Made by a program: the position numbers and the translations under genes. Of a stretch of 64,000 bases of DNA, positions 11,132 to 22,922 are shown one piece after another. The notes under the pieces were generated by a model, which was not told the origin of the DNA, searched no databases, and saw only the letters and a program-made list of their open reading frames with translations. The stretch lies in assembly GCF_963921235.1 (NCBI RefSeq), contig NC_086109.1, positions 16,246,001 to 16,310,000 on the forward strand, read 5' to 3'. The stretch comes from Mobula hypostoma (taxonomy: Eukaryota). The stretch's first letter is position 1. Each line of letters starts with the position of its first letter.

Positions 11132-12479
11132 GCACCTCTTCCTAGAGATGCTGCCTGGCCTGCTGCGTTCACCAGCAACTTTGATGTGTGTTGCTTGAAT
11201 TTCCAGCATCTGCAGAATTCCTGTTGTTCAAGTATGTTTTTGTTCGCCGAGGCGTGCACAGATCACCCCTGCAGCAACCATACGAAGAACCCGACAAGGT
11301 GGTGCGCCATAATGGAACGACCTGCGTTCTCGACATCAGCGGTCGGGAAGAGACGTTTACCATTGACTGTCTCAAACCGGCGCATCTGGACATTGAGCGC
11401 CCGGTTGCAGTTCCACCCCCATGACGACGAGGCCGGCCACCTAAAAGAACTGACAGTGTGCAGGCTGTGGACTCTGCACCTCCTAGCGCCGGATCGGGGG
11501 GGATCATGTGGCGGCTCGCCCACGCAGCAAGCGAACCAGCTCCAGCAGTCGCCGGCGAACCTGCAGTCAGCGGCAACCGAGAGGACTCTGAGTGCGGGCA
11601 GACCTCAGCCCGGAAGCCGACGTTGCTTCTGCCCCGCAAAGAGCAGGGGATGATTCAAACAGTAAACGGTTCAACCCGACCCTGCTCGAGTCAGTGTTTT
11701 ACTTTCACTCGTAGTGTATCAGTGCGACCACAAGAGAATGTATACAATATACAGCCTGAAATTCTTAATCTTCGCAGACATCCGCAAAACAGAGAGGAAA
11801 AAACCCAAAGAATGAATGACAGAAAAGCGTTAGAACCCCCAAAACCCCTCTCCCCCTCCCAAACACAAACAGCAGCAAAACATTAACACCAAGCTTCCCC
11901 AACTTGCTCCAGCAAAATGAATCAGCACCCCCTCACCATCATCCCATACAAGTAATTGAAACCCCACTACTTCGATCTTTCAATCTCCTGTGACTCCTCA
12001 GCTGGCAACATCAGCAAGGAATCGCGTTGTCTACGGGGGGCTGCACCCCAATGGAGCACGTTTTCCAAGCTGCTCCTGGAGATCCCAAATAACCCACCAA
12101 CTGTGAAGAACATAGTTTGAGTGTAGCAGTAGATCATAAACTTGAACTCTAGCCACCTTGAGAAGGGAAAAAGAGACATGAGAACAGGTCTATTTCACGG
12201 ATAAACTGGAGGAAGTCACCCAAGTCCACAAAAACCCCTAGTGCCATCTTTAGCCCCTCTCACTCTTGACTACTAGCTCATAGTTTTGGGGAAGTGTGTG
12301 TTAGCTCAGAAGAAAGATTGGTTATAACATTAAAAACTGAGTAATGGGGTGTCACAAGGATTAGCTCTTAGCTCTCAATCATTTATTATATTTTTATTAA
12401 ATGACTTGGAGGAGGTGACACGGTGCAATCTACCAAGGTGAAGTCCAAACAGATCAGCCTTGAACATATTGCATGGTGG

Positions 12480-12926
12480 GGCAGACTTCAGGGACTGAGT
12501 CGCCTACACCTCTTTCACCATTCCCCATTCCCATTTCCCTCTCTCACCTTATTTCCTTCCTGCCCAACACCTCTTTCTGGTGCTTCTCTCCCTTCCTTTT
12601 CCTCCACAGCCTTCTGTTCTCTCCTATCAGATACACCCTTCCCCAGTCCTTGATCTCTTTCACCTATCGACTTCCCAACTCTTTACTTCATCCCTCCCCC
12701 TCTCCTGGTTTCACTGATCACCTACTACCCTGTGCTTCTTTCTCTCCTCGCCCCAACTTCCTACTCTGACTTCTCATCTCCTTTTCCAGTCCCGATGAAG
12801 GGCTTCAGCCCAAATCATCAATTGTTTACTCTCCTCCATAGATACTGCCAGGCCTGCTGAGTTCCTCCAGTATTTTGTGTGTGTTGCTTTGATTTCCAGC
12901 ATCTGCAGATTTTTTTCTTGTTCGTG
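12480..12926 (+). mobile_element. Penelope 3' UTR / terminal-repeat fragment
   Basis: Pyrimidine-rich UTR, decayed CAGTCCCGATGAAGGG motif at about 12787 and the conserved GCTGAGTTCCTCCAG..TTTTGTGTGTGTTGC tail. Confidence 0.7.
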
Positions 12927-13598
12927 ATTAGGTCACTTCTGTACCTATTTTTGTATATTGCTATCTTCAAATTCACAGATACTTCATTAGTTTTAAAGTG
13001 CTTGGGACATCCTGAAATTGAAAAGAACTATATCAGTACATTTTTTATTGAATACAATGTGCATCCAAAACTATTAGAAACTTTCTGAAGATCCATTCTT
13101 CAGACAAATGTTTTGAATGTGGAAATGTTCACACTTTTAGTTTCACTAAATCAAACCTTTTCCTGTTTTGAAACAACTTCAGCAACTTTAAGTGTTTTAT
13201 TGTTGCTAACTTGCTTTTTAAAAAATTTCTTCTGTGAAATAATTCATGGTTTGGCAAAAGCAATGTCATCTCCGAGCTCTGTGTTTCTGCCAACTGAAGG
13301 ATAAAATGATGATCTGTAAAAATCCTGCTGTATAAAGGTCAATAATAAACCTTATCATCTTCAGCTCAGCTGAGTCCTGCTACCAGACAGCAGAATTGCC
13401 CTGAGTCAAGTTCATCCATTATTCTAGTACGCAATGATTTTCCTTAGAGGACTTGTATTTGTTCAGCCCTACCAGCTTCCACCTCTTCCATTTCCTTCAT
13501 TCCACCTTTGTTTGCTTTGCTCCTACCAATCCACACTGTAGACTCTGGAACATATTCTCTAAATCCCTCTGCGTTTCCATCGCTCTCTCTTCAAAGCC

Positions 13599-13739
13599 TA
13601 CCTGTGTCTGAGCTTCCAGTCACCTGTGTCTGAGCTTCCAATCACCTGTGTCTGAGCTTCCAGTCACCTGTGTCTGAGCTTCCAGTCACCTGTGTCTGAG
13701 CTTCCAGTCACCTGTGTCTGAGCTTCCAATCACCTGTGT
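13599..13739 (+). repeat. 22-bp minisatellite, ~6.3 copies
   Basis: Unit CCTGTGTCTGAGCTTCCA(G/A)TCA at 13601, 13623, 13645, 13667, 13689, 13711 and 13733. Confidence 0.97.
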
Positions 13740-16087
13740 TTAAAGGCAGCGTGTGGCAATTACAGCGTCTGTGACCTGGGTTCAATTCTGCTGCTGACTG
13801 TAGTTTGTAGTTTCTCCCAGTGAGCGTGTGGATTTCTCCCCGGTGCTCCGGTTTCCACCCACGTTCCAAAGACGTACGGGTTAGTTGGTTAATTGGTCAC
13901 ATGCTGCAATTAGGTGGCACAGCCACATTGGGCCAGAAGGCCATTTACTGAGCTGTATCTCTGTAATATAAAAAAATCTCTATCTACCTATGGCAAATTT
14001 CATAATGTCAAGACCTTCCAAAGTAGTTTCAAATCAATTAAGCAATATTTGCAAAGTAGTCACGTGCTGGTGTTTAGATATTAGGTATTGGTGTCCTGGT
14101 GAAGAGTTTTGGCCGACTATATCGACTGTTTATTCCTTTCCGTAGATGCTGCCTGAGCTGCTGAGTTCCTCCAACATTTTATGTGTGTTGGTATTCAGAA
14201 AAGGTATGCAGACAATAATCTTGCAGGGACAGCTGTGTTTGTGATGTCGACCAGGGGTAAATATTGACAAAGACAACATGCAGGACTGTATAGTGTGGGT
14301 TGACACAATGTAAATTGCAGGCTCTCTGTTTCCAATGCTCGAATGCTAACATTCAGTGTTTGACTCTTACTGGAGAAATCGTTTCTCTGTCAGTGATGCT
14401 ATCTCTCAGTGCCGCAATAAAAACTGAGATCTTTTTGCCCTCACCTCCAAGACTCACATCTTCCCAATGTAGAGCGTGGCTGCTGTGATACTTCAGCTAC
14501 CTTTTATTTCACTGTCTTCTAATGAACTTTCTGCATTAATACCATCCATGACCCAAGGATATTCTAAAGACTTTTCATATTCTTTTGAAGTGGTGTTTTA
14601 AACCATATGACTATATGACATTGGAGCAGAATTAGGCCATTTGGCCCATCGAGACTGTTCCACCAGTCCATCATGGCTGATTTATTATCCCTCTCAACCC
14701 CGTTCTCCTGCATTCTCTCCACAACTTTTGGTGCTCTTACTGATCGAGAACCTATCAACCTCTCCGCTTTAAGTACAGTATACCCAATGACTTAGCATCC
14801 ACAGCTGTCTGTGGCAATGAATGCTATAGATTGACCCTCTCTCTGCCTAAAGAAATTCCACTTTATGTCTCTTCTAAAGAGATTAAAGAGATGTCCTTGT
14901 ATTCTGAGAGCATTCGCTGTTGTAATGGAGGACATACAGGAATCGATTACCTCATAATCAGTTCCCTCTGTTGTTGGACTCTCCCACCATTGGAAATATC
15001 CTCTTCATGTCCACTCTATCTAGGCCTTTTTATATTCAGTAGGTTTCAATGTGATTCCCCTCACCCAAACTTCCCCATTCTGAAGAATCTTTTGTCAGCA
15101 AGTTGGCTATAACGTAATAAGACCAAAAGGCCAGAAGACCTTAATACATAGGAGCAGAATTAGGCTATTTGGCCTGCCAAGCCTTCTCCACCATTCAATT
15201 GGGCCTTTTGATATTTGAGTGTTTCAATGAGATTACCTTCCTCCATTCTTCTAAACTCCAGCAAGTACAGACCCAGAACCAACAAATGCTCCTTATTTGC
15301 CAATCCTTCTATTTCCAGGATTATTCTTGTAAACCTTCTGTGGATCCTCTCCAATCCTCATAAATACGAGGAAGTCTGCTGACGCTGGAAATCCAGAGCA
15401 ACACACAGAAAATGCTGGAGGAACTCAGCAGGTCAGGCAGCATCCATGGAAGTGAATAAACGGTCAACGGTTTGGGCCGAGACCCTTCTTCAGGACTGGA
15501 AAGGAAGGGGAAAAGACACCAGGATAAAAAGGTGGGGGGGAGAGGATGGAGACTAGCTGGAGGTTAAAGGTAAAGCCAGGTGGGTAGCCAGGTGGACATT
15601 CTTCCTTAGTATGTTTTGTAAGGCAACATACTAGTAGGTAACAACAGTTCAAACAGATAGGCAAGATATAGTTAGAAGAGGCACGAAACAGAGCAATGCA
15701 GAATACATGCAGGCATATGGTATTAGTTAAATTGGCATCATGTTGGACCTTGCATGTTGGGACAAAGGGCCTCTTCCTGAAATGTGTAGTTTTATGTTCT
15801 AAGAGAAATAAGGATAAAATCTACACCAAATGGGGAAAACATTCTCATCAAATGGAGAAATCAATGAGCAAAGAATCTATTGGGCACAGGCAGAGGAACT
15901 CTTAAAAGCAAGAGAAAAAAATTATATCCCTAAGATCCTTGTTTTTAAATTGCACTAGAAAACAAAATATAGATACCAAAAGTTCCAATGTGGTCCCTTC
16001 TCGTTACCAACCTCATGGAGGAGATACCAGAACCTGAAGGCCGAAATTCTGCAATTCAGGAAGAGCTTCCGCCCCTCTGTACAATCA

Positions 16088-16350
16088 GGGGGCGGCACGG
16101 TAGCGTAGTGGTTAGCACAATGCTCTGCAGTTCAGGGGACCAGGGTTCAATTCCTGGCACTGCCTGTAAAGTGTTTGTATATTCTCCCCGTGACTGCATA
16201 GGCTTTCTTCAGGCGCTCCGATTTCCTTCCACAGTACAAAGAGGTAGGTTAATTGGACACTGTAAATTGTCCCATGATTAGGCTAAGATTAAACTGGGGG
16301 ATTGCTGAGCAGCATGGCTCGAAAGGCCTATTTTGGGCTGTATGTCAATA
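16088..16350 (+). mobile_element. tRNA-derived V-SINE (HE1-like)
   Basis: A box TAGCGTAGTGG, B box GGTTCAATTCC and V-domain-like TTCTCCCCGTGACTGC..GGTTAATTGG. Related copies at about 190-460(-), 650-910(-), 13745-13965(+), 20880-21220(-), 27170-27400(-), 33517-33800(+), 45370-45640(-) and 48700-48970(-). Confidence 0.75.
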
Positions 16351-16749
16351 AAAAGAAACGTTAAATTCTGAACACTACCTCGTTATTTTTTTTTTGCATA
16401 TTTATTCATTTTTGCAAATTTTTGTATCTTTGCAATGTAATGCTTCCACAAAAGAACTAATTTCACGTCATCGGTGTCGGTGATAATAAACCTGATTCTG
16501 ATTCTTAATATGCTGTATAGACGCACACCCTTGGCAGGGTAGCCAACATTTCAAATTCTCGGTCGTCCCAAGGGGAATGCTTCATAATTGAAAACTGATC
16601 CAGAACCTTTAACAGGAGCCCAGATCCCAGAGGAATTGCACAAACAGCTTAGATTATTCAAACTGATGACCTAGAGAACGCAACGCTGGATTGAGAAAAG
16701 TAGTTATTGGGTACTGGCGTTCTACCATTCGGGAAAGAAGAACAGCTCG

Positions 16750-16960
16750 TATAATATATAGCACTTTTTGCACTGTTCCTAATCAATTTAGCATCAATTA
16801 CCTTTGAAGTGCACTCGCTGTTGTAATGGAGGACATACAGGAATCGATTACCACATAATCAGTTCCCGTTAGTAATATGATCATGTGTTTCAGAGACATG
16901 GGGTGAAGGATGAATATTAGCTTGAGTGCAGGGAGGACGCCCCCTTTAAAATAGCAAGTG
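16750..16960 (-). mobile_element. Ancient Deu-domain SINE remnant (SacSINE/AmnSINE-like)
   Basis: Resembles the recalled Deu consensus CTTTGAAGTG..CTGTTGTAATG..GATAAATATTGGC. Heavily diverged and matched from memory only. Confidence 0.45.
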
Positions 16961-17382
16961 CTTGGCACGTGACCGCCAGAAACTGCAGCTCAGCACTTCA
17001 CGGGGACCAGCCTCCCTCTGTGGAGTCTATCTATACTTCTCCCCGCCTCAGTAAAGCAGCCAGCATAATCAAAGGCCCCACACACTCAGGACTTGTGACT
17101 TGTCTTCAGCTGCCTGGGATCCGAGCTCTGATTATACTTCCTTATATTTCTTCTCTGTTCTCATTATAGAATGCTCCTTACATCTGCCTCACCGTTTAAT
17201 GTATTAGCTATCTCTCCTAATGTCTCTTCACATGACAAGATGTCAATTATTTATTTTGCCTGATAAACATTCCTGCAAGCTGGTTTTGATCATCTTACTG
17301 AAGACACTCAACAAACGCAGGTTGTTGTGAAAAGCCAACACTTTCCAGAGGTGTGTAAGTCTCTAATGTCTTTCATTAAAGA

Positions 17383-19879
17383 TACACCCTCAGGGACCTC
17401 ACTTTATCAGATACACCTGTACACCGGCTCGTTAATGCAAATATCTAATCAGCCAATCACGTGGCAGCAGCTCGATGCATAAGGACAGGCATAGTCAAGC
17501 GGTTCAGATGTTGGTTCATTTGGGGGATTTCCTGGTAAGGAAGAATGATGTAGAGCATTTTTTGGAACTTGGATAGAGACAAACAAACAAACAAAAGTTT
17601 TGGGAAGACTGAGAGCTGACTAGAGAAGGAAATTGAAGGTTGAGAGGAAAGGACAGGTGCAGTTACTGAGAGACACCCTGTTGGCTCGTTTGAAATGGGT
17701 ACCAGGGACAGAGCGATGTGTTGTTTAAAGTGAGCAGCAAAGAACAAGTGAGTGACACAAGTTTTTGACTACAGCTGGTTTCCAACACATGAGGTTATTT
17801 ACTTGGAGCTTTATCCCTGCATTGCTTAATCTCTTCACCTGGATTACCTCCAGACGTTCAAGGGTTCGTTTATTATCAAGGTATACAACTCGGAAATTCT
17901 TCTTCTCCAGATAGTCACAAAACCAAGAAAGAAAAGAACGGCAGCACAATCATCATCCCCCAAATTCCCCCTCCCCACACAAAAAGTGAACAAAAATGGA
18001 ACAGGCACATTGTTCCCCCTCTCCTGCACACAAAAAACAAGAAAGATCAGGTGAAAAACACAGAATATAAAAAAACAAAACCGAAATAAAGTCTATAGTC
18101 CGAGACAATGTCCAAGATACAGAAAACCTGGGTAACATTCTCCAAGCACAGAGACAAAACTTTCCTTCTCCGGCAGCGTGATTCTCCCCAGTGATCAAAA
18201 GGCAGTCACTCTTCTCTTGTAGTAGAGCAATCCCACCAGAGATCAAAAGGCAGTCTCCTCTCGCCTTAGCAGAGCAATCCCCCAGCGATGAAAAGGCAGG
18301 CAGCTGCCGCTCATCTTCTGCATTTGCCTTGATGTTTTAATCTCTCTTGTCGCTTTAATCAGCAAACAATTGAAGGTTTAATCAGCGAAGTGGAGTCAAA
18401 CATCAGCTCGTGCCCCATCGCTGTCCCACAGCCTTCTCACCACGAGGTTCCTGCATGCTGTCTCTGCCTCAAACTTCAAAGCACAGGCTCTACTATGGAG
18501 AGGGGAGGCTGCCTATTGATCACCGGTGTGATCGCTCTGCTATGGAGAGAGGAGGCTGCCTATTGATCACCGGTGTGATCGCTCTGCTATGGAGAGGGGA
18601 GGCTGCCTATTGATCACCGGTGTGATCGCTCTGCTATGGAGAGAGGAGGCTGCCTATTGATCACCGGTGTGATCGCTCTGCTATGGAGAGGGGAGGCTGC
18701 CTATTGATCACCGGTGTGATCGCTCTGCTATGGAGAGAGGAGGCTGCCTATTGATCACCAATGTGATCGCTCTGCTATGGAGAGGGGAGGCTGCCTATTG
18801 ATCACCGGTGTGATCGCTCTGCTATGGAGAGGGGTATCTACCTTTTGATTGCTGGGGGGAGTTTGCTCACTCCCAGAGAGAGAAAGGCCTGCTGCTGTCC
18901 CCAAAGAATGTTACCCAGGTTTTCTGCGTTTTGGATATAGACTTAGACTATAGAATTTTTTTTCAGTTCCAGAATCACATTCAAGACAAAAAAAAACTAA
19001 CAAAAAAGACAGAAACGAAGTGAAATTTGTGCTTTTGTGAGCTACCCAGATGATGTGGACTGAAGGAGCATTGAACTCAGACTCAGTCTTGATCGGAAGT
19101 GAGTTACTCCTTTCTAGGTTATGAATTGTAGCAAATGTCCTAGCCAGTGATTCGGACTTCTCTATTTCAGTGATGGTCATTTTGCCCTGATCAATCAATG
19201 CTGGAATATTGTTGGCCCTACGAATCCCACCTTCCACCCCCTCCCACCCCCCCTCCCATTTTCTTAACCTCGGAAAGGATTTGAAGTCCAGCTGCCAGCT
19301 TTAGAGAGCAACACTTGGGTGTGCACTGTGACCCCAGAAATAATAGCAGGCTGCACGTTGAAATGTGTTCCGGGAGTTCCATAGGCTAGAGAGGAGGAGA
19401 GAGCGCTCTCGTCATTGCTGACAGCCAGCTGCCATTAAAAGACAGAAGGTTCAGACCAAACATCAAAATGGGGAAGAAATGTGATCTAAGTGACTTTGAC
19501 CATGGGATGATTGTTGGCGCCAGACAGGGTGGTTTGAGTATTCATGAAACTGCTGATCACCTGGGATTTTCACTCAGAACTGTCCCTAGAGTTTACAGAG
19601 AATGGTGTGAAAAACAGAAAAAAGTGAGTGGCAGTTCTGTGGGCGAAAACACCTTGTTGATGACAGAGGTCAGAAGAGAATGGCCAGACTGGTTCAAGCT
19701 GACAATAACTCAGGTAACTATGTGTTACACCAGTGGTGTGCAAAAGAGCATCTCTGAACATACAACACGTCAAACCTTGAAGTGGACGGGCTACAGCAGC
19801 AGAGACAACACCGGGTTCTGCTCCTGCGGCCACTTCATTAGGTGTACTCCTGTACCTAATAAAGTAGTCACTGAGCATA
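17383..19879 (+). mobile_element. Non-autonomous Tc1 derivative split by a 1.9-kb insertion
   Basis: 5' part at 17383-17518 and 3' part at 19448-19879 are contiguous in the sister copy (about 28750-28790, minus strand). Paired-like HTH ORF MGKKCDLSDFDHGMIVGARQGGLSI at 19468. Degenerate CACTCAGTGGCCACTTTAT-type TIRs. No DDE domain. Confidence 0.85.
18487..18834 (+). repeat. 47-bp minisatellite, ~7.4 copies, alternating G/A variants (94-bp dimer)
   Basis: Unit GCTCTGCTATGGAGAG(G/A)GGAGGCTGCCTATTGATCACCGGTGTGATC at 18487, 18534, 18581, 18628, 18675, 18722, 18769 and 18816. Confidence 0.97.
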
Positions 19880-22027
19880 TGACCCCTTGCCTTGAAGTAA
19901 AGGAGGGTATTGAACGCAGTAACACTGGCCTACTTAGATTGTAATATCATAACCTGAAAAGTCAACAGTGCATTGCTCTCCTTATAGGAGTGAATAGCCT
20001 GCTGAATGTGGGAAGTTCTTTTTTGTTTCAGGGTCACGATCCACTTTGCCTGAAGTTGCACCTTGTTGGTTTTTCAATGCTGAAGTTTAGTCTCTCTACT
20101 GTTCTAATGACCGCAATTGTTATCATCAGGAGTGATCACAGCATTTCCATTAATAATCTAATGGGAGGAAGATTAGGGACAACAAGTAACGATTAGGAGT
20201 CTTTCTATCTCAGTGGGTTGAAGGCTTATTGTGAGCTGGTTTTATTCAGTCATTATTTCAATCAGGTCCTCTTTAATTCACTGTCGGCTTCTGGGAATCA
20301 GTGACAAGGATGGCACTTATTTCCTTACTTGAGTTGCTCTTTTGTAAATCATCAGTGAGGGCTCATTGGCTCCATCGCTCATATCGTCTGCAAGGGAGAA
20401 ATTCCACACTAAAATTCACACAGCACTGCAAGGAGGTTTGCTGACCAGAGACCAAAGAATGGGAGGGGGAGTTAAGGTTTTCTTTTCACTGAATGAGTAG
20501 TTATGATCTGGGAGTTTGCTGATGTGGACAGGTTGCTAGAGTAGCAGTTAAGACTTCTGTAGAGAAATGAGTTCGAATCCCACTATGAAGACTGGGAACT
20601 TAAGCCCAGTGTTATTAATCTTTGAAACACCAGAGAGAATTCAGATGCTGACAATTGGAGCAAAAGACAGACTGCTGGAGGAACATCAACACAGTCTTGG
20701 CCCAAAATGTCGGCTCTTTATTCCCCTCCATAGATGCTACCTGGCCTGCTGATTTCATCCAGCATTTTGTATGTGTTGTTCTGGATTTCCAGTATCTGCA
20801 GAACCTCTTCTGTTTAAGAGGAACGTCAAATATCCTTTTCTCTCCTCAGATGGTGCTCAATCTGCTGAGATCCTACGGCAGTTTGTTTTAAAGAGAGATA
20901 AAGATTAGCTTTATTTGCCACATGTACATCAGAATATACAGTGAAATGTGCCATTTGCGTCGAATCAAAACAGCAAAGATTGTGCTGAGGGCAGTCTGCA
21001 AGTGTCACCACACTTCCAGTGCCAACATAGCATGCTCACAGCTTACTAATCCTGACCAGTATGTCTTTTGAACGTGGGAAGAAACTGGAGCAGCCAGAGG
21101 AAACCCCCATGGTCACAGGGAAAATGTACGATCTCCTGACAGACAGCAGAATAATTGAACCCTGCTCTTACAGCTGACATTGTAAAATGTTGCACCAGCC
21201 ACTAAACATGCCACCGTAATCTGGTAATTAACATTTGACGTTTTTTTTAAAGCTACCTGTGGGGACAGAAGAACAGTGAAATGCACTAAACTACTGGATT
21301 GTTATAACATGAAAACAGGAAATTTAGGAAAGACATAGCAAGCGAAATTTTTCAGGCCTAGTGCTCGTCATCCAGCTTCTCTCTCCACAGATGTTGCCTG
21401 GCTCGCTGAGTGTTTCCAGCATTTTCTGTTTTAATTCTGTTTCCCTGATTTATGATGGTTATAAAAACACCACTGTTCACTGATATCCTTTATGAGGAAA
21501 AAAATTTCTGCTTCAAGAATGTGATGGCAGTGGAGGAGAAGCTGTTGCTGAATCTTGCCGTGTGGGTCTTCAGTTTCCTGTACCTCCTGCCCAACGGCAG
21601 CATCAAGAAGAGATCGTGGCCCAGATGGTGGGTGTTCTGTATTTAATATTTCAGTAATATTTGAGTAGTATTGTAAATATACTGTTTGATTACACATTCT
21701 TTGTTTAGGTAATTCATTAAGGCTTATATATAAAAGTATGTGAATGACATACATTATCACCCCATCATGTCATATTTGTGTGCCTCACTCAAAGTAAAAA
21801 CAAAGCTTATTCATATCTCTCAGGCTCCCTTGTTTGGCTTTCAATTAGTTTTATGTTTTGGAGTTACAAAACATAACAGTGGTGACAAATAAGTTTTTAA
21901 ATGATGCCGAGAAGACTACCTACTGTACTTGGCATGTTGAAGTGCCGCACATTTTTTCTATGCAAAGGGAAAGGAGATATTCAAGTTTTTAAAAAGTGCA
22001 GCACATGGTTTATTCAAAAAAGGAAAG

Positions 22028-22922
22028 GAGCTTTTAGTTGAGATGCTAATAGCTTATTATTTTTATCTCCAAACACGTAAAATTGACTTTTCAATTTAAG
22101 CAAGTTTTTTTCAATAGGGTAAGTTAATAATAAATTATATTGTGATTGGAGTTCAACCCTTTGTTTGAATGAATCAATGTTAGGAGAGATTGTATAAATA
22201 TTATCCACGTCTTTAATTTGTTTTGAAATCTCTGTTTTTGTCTGTTTCTTAAGCTTAGCTAAATAGGAGATTATCTGACCATGCAAATATGCATTAAACG
22301 TATCCCATATAATCAACTTTGACACATCTCCCAGATTATTAAAAAGAAAAAAGTCTTTTATCTGAGTCTCAATAAATTTGACCAAGTCCAAACTTTGTAA
22401 TAAATTTTCTGGAAAACGCCAAGGCAAATTTGCAATAATGACATCATTCAATTCAAAAGCTAAGCTTAAAGGCGTATGATCCGAGAGAGCAAGAGCATCA
22501 TATTCACATTTCTGGACTTTGGACAGAAATCGGAGATCGGCTATAAAATAATCGATTCTCGAATATTTTTGTGAACATGTGAAAAAAAAGAATAATCTCT
22601 GTCATTAGGATGTAAATGTCTCCAAACTTCAACCAGACCATAATCAATTAAGAAAGAGTTAATAAGTGATGCAGAACAACTCGGAAGCCGCTGATTGGTT
22701 AAACTCTTGTCAATCGAAGGATTTAAACAACAGTTGAAATCACCACCCATTAATAACATATATTCATTTAAATCCGGCAATAAAGCAAATACATTTTTAA
22801 AAAAAGAAGGATCATCTACATTAGGTCCATATAAATTAACCAGGACAATTTTTCTATTACAGATTGTTCCTTTAACAATTAAAAATCTACCATTAGTGTC
22901 TGACACAATATCTTCTTGGATA
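22028..22922 (-). mobile_element. Internal L1-clade ORF2 fragment (APE endonuclease region)
   Basis: SDTNGRFLIVKG..NLYGPN..GGDFN..YSFFSHVH, SDH at about 22475-22485, WRF and WDTFNAYLHGQIISY. Frameshifted. Confidence 0.9.

Larger units (their letters stand above)
10038..11228 (+). mobile_element. Young 5'-truncated Penelope-like element nested in the Gypsy
   Basis: 13-bp duplication CAAGTATATTTTT (10025-10037) / CAAGTATGTTTTT (11229-11241). Uninterrupted ORF, then pyrimidine-rich UTR and terminal repeat. Confidence 0.9.
8172..11732 (+). mobile_element. Gypsy/Ty3 LTR retrotransposon, internally deleted and non-autonomous
   Basis: TG..CA LTRs at 8172-8427 and 11507-11732. 4-bp TSD AGAG. PBS TGGTGACCCCGAC. 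PPT GGGGGGG before the 3' LTR. gag, RT and integrase remnants. Confidence 0.95.

Noticed and set aside
10838..11653. 271-aa ORF
   Set aside because: It spans the Penelope UTR, Gypsy tail and LTR in a non-native frame, is low complexity and has no recognisable domain.
16088..16165. tRNA-like A and B boxes (also about 56210-56280)
   Set aside because: No complete cloverleaf, and both continue into SINE bodies.
18487..18834. Regularly spaced repeats with an internal palindrome resembling a CRISPR array (also 13599-13739 and 52363-52507)
   Set aside because: The units are contiguous with no unique spacers, there are no cas genes and the context is vertebrate. These are minisatellites.
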